Source: Candidatus Poseidoniaceae archaeon
Lineage (GTDB): Archaea; Thermoplasmatota; Poseidoniia; Poseidoniales; Poseidoniaceae
Direction of reading: 5' to 3'
Assembly (NCBI GenBank): GCA_943789275.1
Contig: CALSTM010000002.1
Span: forward strand, 150,001-182,000
Length of the DNA stretch: 32,000 bases
Made by a program: the position numbers and the translations under genes
Notes under the pieces: model-generated
Told to the model about the DNA's origin: nothing
Database searches by the model: none
What the model saw: only the letters and a program-made list of their open reading frames with translations
Shown: positions 1-8,982 of the stretch, one piece after another
Layout of the letters: every line of letters begins with the position of its first letter
How positions within the stretch are numbered: position 1 is the stretch's first letter

Positions 1-849
1 ACCTTCCGAATGCTCGGCTCTGAAGTGACCGTCGTTGAAGCAATGGACAGCGTTCTACCAATTTTTGACAAAGAACTTCGAAGACCGTTGGAAATTGCCA
101 TCAAGAAGCAAAAAATCAAGACGCACCTCGGTGTTTTTGCTAAAGGTGTTGAAACGACCAAAGACGGAAGATGTAAACTCAATTTCATCGACAAGAACGA
201 GAAGGACGAGAAGAAAATGCAAAACGTCGTTGTCGACAAAGTTCTGGTCACTGTTGGACGCAAACCGAATTCAGCAGCACTTGCACCGACCGGTGTAGCA
301 CTCGATGAACGTGGTTTTGTCAAGGTCAACGACCGATGTGAAACCAACATGCGTGGAGTCTATGCCATTGGCGATGTCTGCGATTCTGGCGAAATGCTTG
401 CACACGTAGCATCGTTCCAGGGTGAAATGGTAGCGGAAATTATTGCGGGCCACAAGCGTGCATACGACCCCGTTGCCGTTCCTGCAATTGTCTTTACCGA
501 ACCAGAGATTGTATCGGTCGGACTCTCACCAGAAGAAGCCAAGGCTGCAGGTCATCCAGTAATCACTGGAAAGTTTCCACTCGGTGCCAACGGCCGTGCT
601 CTTACCCAAGAGGCTGAGAAAACTGCTGGATTTATCCGAGTCTGTGCTCGTGAAGATGATCACCGAATCCTTGGAATCCAGGGCGTTGGAACGCACATCA
701 GTGAATTGGTTGGTGAATGGACCCTTGCACTTGAGATGGGGGCGTTACTCGAAGACATTGCTGGTACAATTCATGCTCACCCAACCATGACGGAAATGAC
801 CCATGAAGGTGTGCTTGCAACACTCGGTCATGCCATTCACTCAGCTTGA
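1..849 (+). CDS. lpdA: dihydrolipoyl (dihydrolipoamide) dehydrogenase E3, C-terminal part; 5' end lies outside the window
   Basis: Frame 1 is open from base 1, so the ATG at 10 is internal. The translation shows GVYAIGDV, the interface domain and the HAHPT..E active-site motif typical of E3 flavoproteins. Confidence 0.9.
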   Translation, partial: TFRMLGSEVTVVEAMDSVLPIFDKELRRPLEIAIKKQKIKTHLGVFAKGVETTKDGRCKLNFIDKNEKDEKKMQNVVVDKVLVTVGRKPNSAALAPTGVALDERGFVKVNDRCETNMRGVYAIGDVCDSGEMLAHVASFQGEMVAEIIAGHKRAYDPVAVPAIVFTEPEIVSVGLSPEEAKAAGHPVITGKFPLGANGRALTQEAEKTAGFIRVCAREDDHRILGIQGVGTHISELVGEWTLALEMGALLEDIAGTIHAHPTMTEMTHEGVLATLGHAIHSA

Positions 850-982
850 GTGAAAAGGTGCCTACGAGCAAGGAAAAGAAGCGTGAGACTAAGCAACGCA
901 CTCAGGGCCTTACCCGTAGGGCTTGAAACCCCCGAGTAAGTTCTTACTTATTCGAGACTGTATAAAGTTCAACCAACTGTAA

Positions 983-3376
983 TCATGAACCGCAACTTAG
1001 GCAGTCATCAGGAGTATCAAGTGAACAAGCAATTGCTTCAAGACTCGAGATGTCTTCAGCACGCTCTGCAAGTCCACCAACTGTTTGGTCTTCAGACTTC
1101 TTGGCTTCAACAGTGAATTGAATTGCATCTGCTGCTGCCTTCGTTCGCAGATAGTACATTCCTGTTTTCAGTCCCTGCTTCCAGCCGTAAAAGTGCATGG
1201 AAGTGACCTTTGCCGGGTTTGCATCCACCATGTGAATGTTCAGTGATTGGCTTTGGTCGACGTACGCTCCACGGTCGGCTGACATGTCAAGGACGTGACG
1301 TTGCTTGATTTCCCAAGTGGTTTTGTACAAATCTTTGATTGAATCGGGGATTCCTGAAATGTTTTGAATCGAGCCCTTGTGACGAAGGATTTCGTCTTTC
1401 ATTTCAATTCCCCAAAGACCGAGTTCAATGAGGTCACGAACCAAGTGCTTGTTGAGAACAATGAACTCACCTGAAAGTGTTCGTCGAACATAGAGGTTCG
1501 AAGTGAAGGCTTCGAAACATTCGTTATTACCCAAAATCTGAGAGGTTGAGGCAGTAGGCATTGGTGCAACAAGCAGAGAGTTGCGCATTCCATTATCAAT
1601 AATTTCTTGCTTCAAAGAAGTCCAATCCCAACGGCCGCTGTGATCGTTCATTCCCCAAAGGTCGAATTGCAGTTCACCACGGCTTGCAGGTGAGCCTTCA
1701 AAGGTCGAGTAAGGACCTTCAGCAATCGCTGCATCTTTGGAAGCGGTACAAGCTGCAAAGTAAATGGTTTCAAAAATTTCTTTGTTGAGTTTTCGTGCTT
1801 CAGGACTTTCGAAAGGCAACTTGAGGAGAGCAAATGTATCTGCAAGACCCTGTACACCAAGACCGATTGGCCGATGGCGCATGTTCGAGTTTCGAGCTTC
1901 TTCGACAGGATAGAAGTTGACATCAATGACACGGTTCAAATTCCCAGTAGCGTGATACGTCACATCGTACAGAAGTTGGTGATTGAACGATTGGTTCTCA
2001 ACATCGACGTACTTGTTAAGGGCGATCGACGCAAGATTACAAACTGCAACTTCATCCTTAGCAGTGTATTCCATAATTTCAGTGCAAAGGTTCGAGGAAC
2101 GGATTGTTCCAAGGTTCTTTTGATTCGACTTTTCATTTGCAGCATCCTTGTACAACATGTAAGGCGTTCCAGTTTCAATTTGTGACTCAACGAGCTTATC
2201 CCAAACCACGCGAGCAGGGAGAGTTTCACGAGCCAATCCTTGGGCTTCATAGGATTCAAAGAGTTCTTTGAATTCTGCTCCATACGAATCTTGAAGGCCA
2301 GGGCATTCATTCGGGCAGAAGAACGACCAATCTGCATTTTGCTCAACACGTTCCATGAACAAGTCAGGAGTCCAAAGGGCATAGAACAAATCACGGGCAC
2401 GGAGTTCTTCCTTGCCGTGGTTCTTTCTCAAATCGAGGAATGCAAGGATATCTGGGTGCCATGGTTCGAGGTAGATGGCGATTGAACCCTTTCGCTTGCC
2501 GCCGCCTTGGTCGACGTAGCGAGCAGTATCGTTAAACACACGAAGCATAGGAACAATACCATTGCTCTGTCCATTGGTTCCTTTGATGTACGAACCCTTG
2601 GAGCGGATGTGATGAATCGAAAGTCCGATTCCACCGGCTGACTTTGAGATAAGAGCACATTGTTTGAGCGTGTCATAAATTCCGTCAAGCGAATCGTCCT
2701 GCATGGTGAGCAAGAAACAGGAAGACATCTGAGGTGTAGGAGTTCCAGAATTGAACAGCGTAGGGGTAGCGTGAGTAAAATATCCTTGGCTCATTAAATC
2801 GTATGTCTCCAAAGCTTTGCTGATGTTGTGATGATGAATACCAACTGCAACTCTCAAGAGCATGTGTTGCGGTCGTTCAGCAATTTCTCCGTTCAATCTC
2901 AAAAGGTACGAACGTTCCAAAGTTTTGAAACCGAAGTAATCGTAGTTGTGGTCACGTTTGTAATCAATATGGTTGTTGAGAATCTCAGCGTTTTCCATAA
3001 TGATGGCAAAGACTTCCTCTGAGATGAGAGGTGCGTGCTTACCGGATTCAGGGTCAATGTATTCGCGCAGATCGGTAATGACATCGGTAAAGGTCGATTT
3101 GGTTGAACGATGGAGGTCGTCAACACAGATGCGAGCTGCGAGGCGGCTGTAATCAGGATGTTGAGAAGCAAGGGAGGCAGCAGTCTCAGCAGCGAGTTGG
3201 TCGAGTTCACGTGTGGTGACTCCGTCGTATAGTCCTTCAATTGTCAACTTTGTAACGTGTCCTGGGTCAATCCAATTTGGATCAAGACCATAGGTTAATG
3301 TCTTCAATTTATCATGTATGGCATCGAACCGTACATCTTCTCGTTCTCCTTTTCTGTTTACGACTTGCATTGTCAT
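983..3376 (-). CDS. nrdA: ribonucleoside-diphosphate reductase class Ia large subunit (R1)
   Basis: 797-aa ORF with an N-terminal ATP-cone ([16 protein letters not shown]). Core motifs [17 protein letters not shown] and [10 protein letters not shown] are present, as is a C-terminal CLSCGS redox tail. GGAGGA lies 6 nt upstream of the ATG (rc of 3383-3388). Confidence 0.95.
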   Translation of the reverse strand: MTMQVVNRKGEREDVRFDAIHDKLKTLTYGLDPNWIDPGHVTKLTIEGLYDGVTTRELDQLAAETAASLASQHPDYSRLAARICVDDLHRSTKSTFTDVITDLREYIDPESGKHAPLISEEVFAIIMENAEILNNHIDYKRDHNYDYFGFKTLERSYLLRLNGEIAERPQHMLLRVAVGIHHHNISKALETYDLMSQGYFTHATPTLFNSGTPTPQMSSCFLLTMQDDSLDGIYDTLKQCALISKSAGGIGLSIHHIRSKGSYIKGTNGQSNGIVPMLRVFNDTARYVDQGGGKRKGSIAIYLEPWHPDILAFLDLRKNHGKEELRARDLFYALWTPDLFMERVEQNADWSFFCPNECPGLQDSYGAEFKELFESYEAQGLARETLPARVVWDKLVESQIETGTPYMLYKDAANEKSNQKNLGTIRSSNLCTEIMEYTAKDEVAVCNLASIALNKYVDVENQSFNHQLLYDVTYHATGNLNRVIDVNFYPVEEARNSNMRHRPIGLGVQGLADTFALLKLPFESPEARKLNKEIFETIYFAACTASKDAAIAEGPYSTFEGSPASRGELQFDLWGMNDHSGRWDWTSLKQEIIDNGMRNSLLVAPMPTASTSQILGNNECFEAFTSNLYVRRTLSGEFIVLNKHLVRDLIELGLWGIEMKDEILRHKGSIQNISGIPDSIKDLYKTTWEIKQRHVLDMSADRGAYVDQSQSLNIHMVDANPAKVTSMHFYGWKQGLKTGMYYLRTKAAADAIQFTVEAKKSEDQTVGGLAERAEDISSLEAIACSLDTPDDCLSCGS

Positions 3377-3435
3377 TTTTCTTCCTCCATGTGTTCATCG
3401 TGAATTCGCAGTAAGTTCCTATAATTGAATACGGT

Positions 3436-4482
3436 TCAAAAGTCTTCGTCTACAGAGAACCGCTGTTGGACGCTTCCGAGGTTCCCGCCGTCTTTGACAC
3501 CGGCTTTCTGATATTCGCCAACTCTCTTTTCAAAGAAATTGGTTTTACCTTGCATCGAAATCATTTCCATCCAAGGGAACGGATTGGTCGCGTTGTACAA
3601 CTTACTGGCCCCAAGAGAGACCATCAAGCGGTCTGCAACGAAACGAATGTATTCTTGCATAAGTTCTGCATTCATTCCAATCAAGGAGACTGGAAGAGCG
3701 GATGTCACGAATTCAATCTCGATATCGACTGCTTCTGAAATGATTCGGTGAATCATGTTTTCACCAGCACCACGGTTCAGTTTATTGTGAAGCAGGCAAG
3801 CAAAGTCACAATGAAGGCCTTCGTCTCTTGAAATGAGTTCATTCGAGAAGGTGAGGCCGGGCATGAGGCCACGCTTCTTGAGCCAGAAAATAGCACAAAA
3901 AGAACCTGAAAAGAAAATACCTTCGACAGCAGCAAAGGCGACCAAGCGTTGAGCGAAGGAGCCCTTCTTACGTGAGAGCCAGCGCAATGCCCAGTTTCCT
4001 TTCTTCTTCACAGATGGAACAGTTTCCAATGCGTTAAACAAGTGGTCTTTTTCATTCGCATCTGTAATGTAGGTATCAATAAGCAGTGAATAGGTTTCAG
4101 CATGGATGTTTTCCATCATGATTTGAAAGCCGTAGAAACAACGAGCTTCAGCCCATTGGACTTCGTCTGCAAAGTTCGTAACCAAGTTCTCGTTAACAAT
4201 CCCGTCACTGGCAGCAAAGAAGGCGAGAACATGCTTGAGGAAATGTCGTTCATTATCGCTTAGAACTTTCCAGTCTTTGGCGTCTTCAGCCAAATCGATT
4301 TCTTCAGCGGTCCAAAACGATGCTGCATGCAATTTGTACATTTCCCAAATTTCTGCCTGTTGAATTGGGAACAATACGAAACGGTCAAGATTTTCTTGGA
4401 GCATTGGCTCAATATGTTCTTGTGAAAGATCCAATTCAAATCCATCGCTCTGGCTCGATTTATTACCGTGTTCTATGACCAT
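3436..4482 (-). CDS. nrdB: ribonucleoside-diphosphate reductase class Ia small subunit (R2)
   Basis: 348-aa ORF with diiron/tyrosyl-radical R2 motifs ([17 protein letters not shown]) and the C-terminal R1-binding tail FSVDEDF. It sits directly upstream of nrdA on the same strand (59-nt spacer). A GAGGGGGATGA SD-like run precedes the ATG. Confidence 0.95.
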   Translation of the reverse strand: MVIEHGNKSSQSDGFELDLSQEHIEPMLQENLDRFVLFPIQQAEIWEMYKLHAASFWTAEEIDLAEDAKDWKVLSDNERHFLKHVLAFFAASDGIVNENLVTNFADEVQWAEARCFYGFQIMMENIHAETYSLLIDTYITDANEKDHLFNALETVPSVKKKGNWALRWLSRKKGSFAQRLVAFAAVEGIFFSGSFCAIFWLKKRGLMPGLTFSNELISRDEGLHCDFACLLHNKLNRGAGENMIHRIISEAVDIEIEFVTSALPVSLIGMNAELMQEYIRFVADRLMVSLGASKLYNATNPFPWMEMISMQGKTNFFEKRVGEYQKAGVKDGGNLGSVQQRFSVDEDF

Positions 4483-4739
4483 GACTCATCCCCCTCGTTT
4501 CTTTCACGCGCTGGAATTTATTTGCCCTCCGAGGAAGTGTATAATGTTCTCCCCCAAATCGCGATGCGAGATATGGTTTTCAAGAGGTTTTACCCGTTGC
4601 TAAAAAGTGGCTCAGTTGTCTGTTATTCCTATGTTTTATCCATAGACTATAAAGGCCGGTTTTTGAATGTAAAATCTACACTACCTCAAGGTGTGTTTCC
4701 ACTCCAACTCGGCAGAAATTTTGAGCCCAAGAGAGAAAC

Positions 4740-5120
4740 TCAGTTCTTTGGTTGAGATGAGCGATGTTGCGTAACCCAAGATGCGTAGAGTTCAGAAGAC
4801 TCTGCTGACAAACAAACCACTTGCGGGACGTCGTAAGGATGGTGGAGATTCAAAGCCTCCAAGAGGGTTTTCTTTGAAAGAGGTGATAATTTGAGTTCCA
4901 GTTTCCACTCTTTGGAAGAGGTTATTCGCCCATCCCAGTTGTAGATCGATTGAATGGAAGAATATTCGACGCAAGCAGCACCAGACTCTATGAGAAGTTG
5001 AGCAAAAGAGCCTACACGATAGTCTTCCCAATCTCCTGGGAGAGTTGTAAGAACGATTAACAGTTCATCGGACATAAACAGGGATGAGGGCTTAAAGTCC
5101 TCAATACTTGTTATGTTCAT
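4740..5120 (-). CDS. cutA: divalent-cation tolerance protein CutA
   Basis: The CutA1 fold signature is readable (LIVLTT.. [17 protein letters not shown]...EWKLELK ...HPYDVP). The ATG at 5120 overlaps the csp stop (ATGA). An internal ATG at 5075 ([11 protein letters not shown]) is an alternative start. Confidence 0.85.
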   Translation of the reverse strand: MNITSIEDFKPSSLFMSDELLIVLTTLPGDWEDYRVGSFAQLLIESGAACVEYSSIQSIYNWDGRITSSKEWKLELKLSPLSKKTLLEALNLHHPYDVPQVVCLSAESSELYASWVTQHRSSQPKN

Positions 5121-5308
5121 TCAACTTTACTGACGCTGACAGCGTTCGGTCCTTTCGGACCTTCGCCGACTTCGAAGTTGACGGTATCTCCGTCCTGAAT
5201 TTCTCCTTCAACTTCGGAGATGTGTACGAAAAGGTCGTCTCCGCCCTCTCGTTCAATGAATCCGTATCCTTTTGTTTGGTTAAACCACTTTACTGTACCT
5301 TGTGCCAC
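5117..5308 (-). CDS. csp: cold-shock domain protein (CspA family)
   Basis: [30 protein letters not shown] carries RNP1/RNP2-like motifs. I place the start at GTG 5308 ([10 protein letters not shown], 63 aa). The octamer ATAATATA (rc of 5330-5337) lies exactly 21 nt upstream, consistent with a leaderless mRNA. The ORF-track start (TTG 5431) would add a non-homologous 41-aa extension. Confidence 0.9.
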   Translation of the reverse strand: MAQGTVKWFNQTKGYGFIEREGGDDLFVHISEVEGEIQDGDTVNFEVGEGPKGPNAVSVSKVE

Positions 5309-5329
5309 GACTCGTGCTTCAACAAGTGG

Positions 5330-5337
5330 TATATTAT
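5330..5337 (-). promoter_or_regulatory. TATA-like box for csp (ATAATATA on minus strand)
   Basis: A/T octamer 21 nt upstream of GTG 5308. The same 21-nt spacing recurs at several other first genes in the window. Confidence 0.45.
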
Positions 5338-5445
5338 GTTGAGTGCTGAAGTCCCACTCAAATCTATGTTTCACAGAGAGTGTGGTTTGGCCGGTAACGG
5401 TTTGAAATGCGATGAATTGATAATTCAACAACTGCAGCCCCGCCT

Positions 5446-6078
5446 GTGACTCGGCACGATAGCAGGTTGGGAATCGTTGAGTTCAAACCACATTTTGAAA
5501 AGACGTGCAAGGCATTGTTTCCAAATGATGATGGTTCCTGGAAGCTTCACGATGTCATTTCGAGTGAAGGCATCTATTGGCTCGAAGTAACGTGCACTTC
5601 ATTCTACCGTCCCGACCAACCCGTTCGTATTGCGACCAGTGGGTTTTCACAACACGATGTCATTGCCTGCTGTCAAAAAGAAAACGGTGCATGGGGGGTA
5701 CTGTTCCACGGAAACGGATGGGAGGAAGTACCCTCAATTGCCAATATGCTCAACCCAAAATTACCTTTCGATCCCAACCTCATCTCCACAGCGCACAGAA
5801 GAAGAAGCAAGACCTATACTGCGCGTGAAATATGCGAGTATTATGGTTCCACACAAGAAGAGGTTCGTGAAGAGTTTGGAGAGCCAAACCAAATTTGGAA
5901 CGATTCAGGGAAATTGTGTTGGACCTACTTCGCACTCTGCAAGAGCCCGGGTCAAAAGATTGCATCGCACAGTATTTTTTGCTTCGATTCACATGGCACT
6001 GGTAGTGGATTTGACTACGATTACGTCATGATGCCTTCAAAATGGGACATATTTTGGCATGATTATCCTCACAAGTGA
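5446..6078 (+). CDS. hypothetical protein (no recognisable domain)
   Basis: 210-codon ORF with a GTG start and no internal Met until residue ~100. TTGATAAT (5417-5424) lies 21 nt upstream of the GTG. It is divergent from csp. Confidence 0.5.
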   Translation: MTRHDSRLGIVEFKPHFEKTCKALFPNDDGSWKLHDVISSEGIYWLEVTCTSFYRPDQPVRIATSGFSQHDVIACCQKENGAWGVLFHGNGWEEVPSIANMLNPKLPFDPNLISTAHRRRSKTYTAREICEYYGSTQEEVREEFGEPNQIWNDSGKLCWTYFALCKSPGQKIASHSIFCFDSHGTGSGFDYDYVMMPSKWDIFWHDYPHK

Positions 6079-6211
6079 AGAAATACTTGAAAGAATCGAA
6101 CCGCAGATGATACGAGAAGAAATGTACGATTCGCTTGTGACCAAGTGGCAAAAGATGAACATCGTATAATAACGGAGCAAGTTTCAATTAATCCGGCATC
6201 AAATACGGCAC

Positions 6212-6367
6212 ATGGCCGTTGAACCACTGTTGCCGCTAAGTCATGTTGCCGATGCCGTTGGAGGGTTTATGGATGCCGAAGAAAACAGTTGGTGGGTTCG
6301 GCCACTAAAAGCACTCATCTACATCGGTGTATTTTCTATTATTCCGCTTTACTTTTACTTCGCTTGA
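6212..6367 (+). CDS. candidate small tail-anchored membrane protein (51 aa), below the ORF-track size cutoff
   Basis: Translated by hand: MAVEPLLPLSHVADAVGGFMDAEENSWWVRPLKALIYIGVFSIIPLYFYFA*. It has an acidic N-terminal half and a C-terminal 20-residue hydrophobic helix. It lies in an otherwise unexplained 311-bp convergent spacer, with CAATTAAT about 19 nt upstream. Confidence 0.25.
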   Translation: MAVEPLLPLSHVADAVGGFMDAEENSWWVRPLKALIYIGVFSIIPLYFYFA

Positions 6368-6389
6368 TCGGAAAAGATTGAGCCAACAA

Positions 6390-7304
6390 TTAGAGCTCAT
6401 CTTCCTTGGCAAGACCGGACTTGAATTGGACGATTTGAGAAACCCATAGAATGAGCACAAGGCTCCCAAGAGCCAGATTATACGATACGAGTTCACTCCC
6501 AAGCCATAATCCAAGATAGAAAATGGAAATCGCACCTGCCAACCCAGATTGCAGGAATGGAGCGAACTTCAATCGCGGGTCGATAAAACCGTAGACGTAG
6601 TATCCTCTCCAACAATAGGCAAATGGATATGCAAAAGCGGCATAGATTAACCCGAGGAACAATCCAAACAGAGCGAATTCGGGTTGCAAATAAGGCTGTG
6701 CCAGTATGATTTCGATGGTGAGAAAGACTGCAGCAAAATTATGCATAATCTGGTTGTGAAAGAGAAATTGATGATCATGGTTCCTGCGTTGACGAACTTC
6801 ACCTGGCAGGATGACGAAACGTACAATGGTCGAAGTGAGAAAGGCCGCACCTAAGGCCGTTGAAAACACGGCAACTTGGAATATTTCCAGCCATTGCGGC
6901 ACATTCTTCCCAACCATAACCAGGTATGTGCCGGCAGAAGCAAGAACAAAGTAAGTGAAATTCGACAGAAGCGTCCAACTGCTGAATGTTACGAACTTTT
7001 CGGATTTCACTGGATGAGTCATCCGTTCACTGCGTGACTGGTGGTCGATAACAATCATCTTTCCCGTCTCCATTCGGTACATGTAAACAATTGCACTTGC
7101 GCCAATCAACAAACAAAACAACCTCCAAAGAAGAACCAGAATCAGTGGGAAAGTCGATGAATGAAAGGAAGGGAAAGATTCAATCAGTAAATCGTTCATA
7201 TCCCATCGAAACAACAGGAAAACGCTGAGCGAAGCAATCACGAAAAGAGTGGCCAAACTTTGAGGTGTTGAGTCTTTCTCGCCGTAGCCAAGAAGGTCAA
7301 CCAT
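6390..7304 (-). CDS. polytopic integral membrane protein (about 8 predicted TM helices), function unknown
   Basis: Long hydrophobic segments run throughout. I prefer ATG 7304, which has TTTCAAAT (rc of 7326-7333) 21 nt upstream. The ORF-track start at 7436 is a TTG that adds 44 hydrophilic residues. Confidence 0.7.
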   Translation of the reverse strand: MVDLLGYGEKDSTPQSLATLFVIASLSVFLLFRWDMNDLLIESFPSFHSSTFPLILVLLWRLFCLLIGASAIVYMYRMETGKMIVIDHQSRSERMTHPVKSEKFVTFSSWTLLSNFTYFVLASAGTYLVMVGKNVPQWLEIFQVAVFSTALGAAFLTSTIVRFVILPGEVRQRRNHDHQFLFHNQIMHNFAAVFLTIEIILAQPYLQPEFALFGLFLGLIYAAFAYPFAYCWRGYYVYGFIDPRLKFAPFLQSGLAGAISIFYLGLWLGSELVSYNLALGSLVLILWVSQIVQFKSGLAKEDEL

Positions 7305-7492
7305 AAACTCTCCCGCATGTCGGTCATTTGAAAACTCTTTCACATTGTGCACCCCTGCCCTATCCCCCTGTTTGATGGATAAGTTGCTTGCAATCGCCTC
7401 ATAGAAACGACTCCGTTCCGAACAGATGGCATTCAACCCCGCTCATCGTGTATTGAGGCATTTGGCTAAATTTTGTCTCAGGAAAGCCAAAG

Positions 7493-7500
7493 TTATTATT
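7493..7500 (+). promoter_or_regulatory. TATA-like box (TTATTATT) 21 nt upstream of ATG 7522
   Basis: Same octamer-to-start spacing as csp, ubiX and the DUF1996 gene. Confidence 0.35.
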
Positions 7501-7521
7501 CAAGGGTTCAGAGCATTCGAT

Positions 7522-7668
7522 ATGAACCGCCGAACCGCTCAGAACCAACGTAAAGTTCGTATGCCATCGATCATTCGCCGTCGTCCAAAGAAAGTAGTTC
7601 CCGAGAAAGCAGTGGTAGAGACGTCTGAGGCATCGTGCCAAACCACTGGCTGCGGCTGTGGAAACTGA
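7522..7668 (+). CDS. candidate small basic protein (48 aa) with Cys-rich C-terminus
   Basis: MNRRTAQNQRKVRMPSIIRRRPKKVVPEKAVVETSEASCQTTGCGCGN. It sits in a 250-bp spacer between two minus-strand genes, and a leaderless-type A/T box lies at the canonical distance. No homology is recognisable by eye. Confidence 0.3.
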   Translation: MNRRTAQNQRKVRMPSIIRRRPKKVVPEKAVVETSEASCQTTGCGCGN

Positions 7669-7688
7669 ATTGGAAACACACGTTGGTT

Positions 7689-8567
7689 TTAACGAAGTTT
7701 CTCGACAAAGAATGCGCGTGCACGCACCATGGAATCTGCACGCGCTGCAGGATTTCCCTCAACGTGAGCCCCCCTGTTTCGTAAAATGCGAATCACCCAT
7801 CGCCGTTGCCAGCGTTGATTCAAAGGCCATCGAATACCGAGGAATAAATTTCCAGACATGTGCCCGTTCTTATCAATTCGTGCAGTTCGTTTGTTCAGAT
7901 GAACCGCTTTTGGCAGTAAGGCATATTCCAGCTCACTGTCAAAGGAATGATGTGCCCCGGAATACGTATGCAAGTGTGCATTCGGCAGTTGCGGCATCAA
8001 ACTCTCGACGAAGTGCAATGGGGTCCAATCATCAGCATCTCCGTGAAGAATAAGCATTGGCGAATCCGTCCATTTTTGGATTTCCGGACGGAGATGGGCT
8101 GCTGGATAAAAGGGTAAATGAGCATCAAATGGTGTTCCTAAAACATCACAGAGAGGTAACCAGGACGAATAGAGTGCTACGGTACCTCCAAGACTCCAAC
8201 CGGTAATTCCAACCTTTCCAATTCGAGAATCTTGTTCAAGCACTGAGCGGGTGCGAAAAGCGTCAACGAGCATCATTGCATGCGTGACGGTAAGTTGGTC
8301 GTCAACTGTAGAATCAACTGAGCGTGAAGTGAAGGAATGAATTTTGCAAACGGCGAGACCTTCAGCGAGCCAACCATTGATGTGGTCCTGGTGATGAGAA
8401 GCCCAACCCATGCTTCCATGAAGAGCAATCACGCACCCGAACGGACCTTCTCCTTTGGGAAGAAATAATTCCGCATCTACCGTGGTCTCCGAAGTATTTT
8501 CCAAGCCGGTGAGTATGTGATGAATTTCAAAAGGAGAGCGGGAAAGTACACGGAATCGCTCGCCCAT
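7689..8567 (-). CDS. alpha/beta hydrolase, dienelactone-hydrolase-like
   Basis: Nucleophile elbow GWSLGG, then LILHGDADDWTP (Asp) and GAHHSFD (His), in the order expected for a DLH-type catalytic triad. Confidence 0.8.
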   Translation of the reverse strand: MGERFRVLSRSPFEIHHILTGLENTSETTVDAELFLPKGEGPFGCVIALHGSMGWASHHQDHINGWLAEGLAVCKIHSFTSRSVDSTVDDQLTVTHAMMLVDAFRTRSVLEQDSRIGKVGITGWSLGGTVALYSSWLPLCDVLGTPFDAHLPFYPAAHLRPEIQKWTDSPMLILHGDADDWTPLHFVESLMPQLPNAHLHTYSGAHHSFDSELEYALLPKAVHLNKRTARIDKNGHMSGNLFLGIRWPLNQRWQRRWVIRILRNRGAHVEGNPAARADSMVRARAFFVEKLR

Positions 8568-8895
8568 GGTTTTGGGAAAGCATGTGACACTTCAAATGTG
8601 CTTTTGTAAATCAAATGTATAAGCTTGTGAGGAACAACCACAAGGGCTACTCCAAAAAATACCCTTGTGAAGATGCGGATCGTGTACAAGGGTGTTTAGC
8701 AAAACCCTCGTGAACAGAAGTAAATCACTTTGGTTGGCCCGCTTTGCTTGTTGTAGGAACAGCGTTGATTATCTTTGCAGCAACAAGATGGGCGAAGAAA
8801 TAGGGTCTATCCGAATACCCATTGAAACGGATTTACAATTTCAAAGGGCTTTCAATCTGTCCTTCGACAGGCTAATCTCAAAAACCGATCTACAC

Positions 8896-8964
8896 AAGGG
8901 GCCCCCTCGTAGCCGTATACGTGTACAACCGTACCGTTGAAGCGTATACGAACAAAGGGGCCCC
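8896..8964. repeat. structured repeat copy A (left island boundary)
   Basis: The 40-nt core 8896-8935 is AAGGGGCCCCCTCGTAGCCGTATACGTGTACAACCGTACC. The self-complementary blocks GGGGCCCC (8898-8905 / 8957-8964) and CGTATACG (8914-8921 / 8943-8950) can nest into a hairpin of about 67 nt. Confidence 0.8.
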
Positions 8965-8982
8965 TTATGTTTGTTCGAAAAT

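Noticed and set aside
5309-5431. Long N-terminal extension of csp from TTG 5431. Similar longest-ORF extensions occur for pyrH (21233), aIF-2 beta (27094), folB (19188), parvulin (18883), GfcR (27126) and the 29415 ORF.
   Set aside because: The extensions are non-homologous to their families, often start with TTG, and would swallow the A/T promoter boxes or SD motifs found in front of the internal ATG or GTG starts.
6059-6169. 36-aa ORF ([36 protein letters not shown]) overlapping the end of the 5446-6078 gene.
   Set aside because: It starts inside the upstream CDS, is very short, and has no promoter or SD context. It is kept only as a note.
8692-8940. 82-aa plus-strand ORF upstream of the hydrolase gene.
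   Set aside because: It runs through the motif cluster and into repeat A, has no start context or recognisable domain, and the region is better explained as promoter or att DNA.
8896-8964. Possible tRNA or tRNA fragment serving as att site (GGGGCCC...GGGCCCC could mimic an acceptor stem).
   Set aside because: There is no D-loop or T-loop consensus (no GTTCGAATC-type T-arm next to the 3' acceptor strand). It is about 67 nt long, and the internal pairing is a simple nested hairpin, not a cloverleaf.
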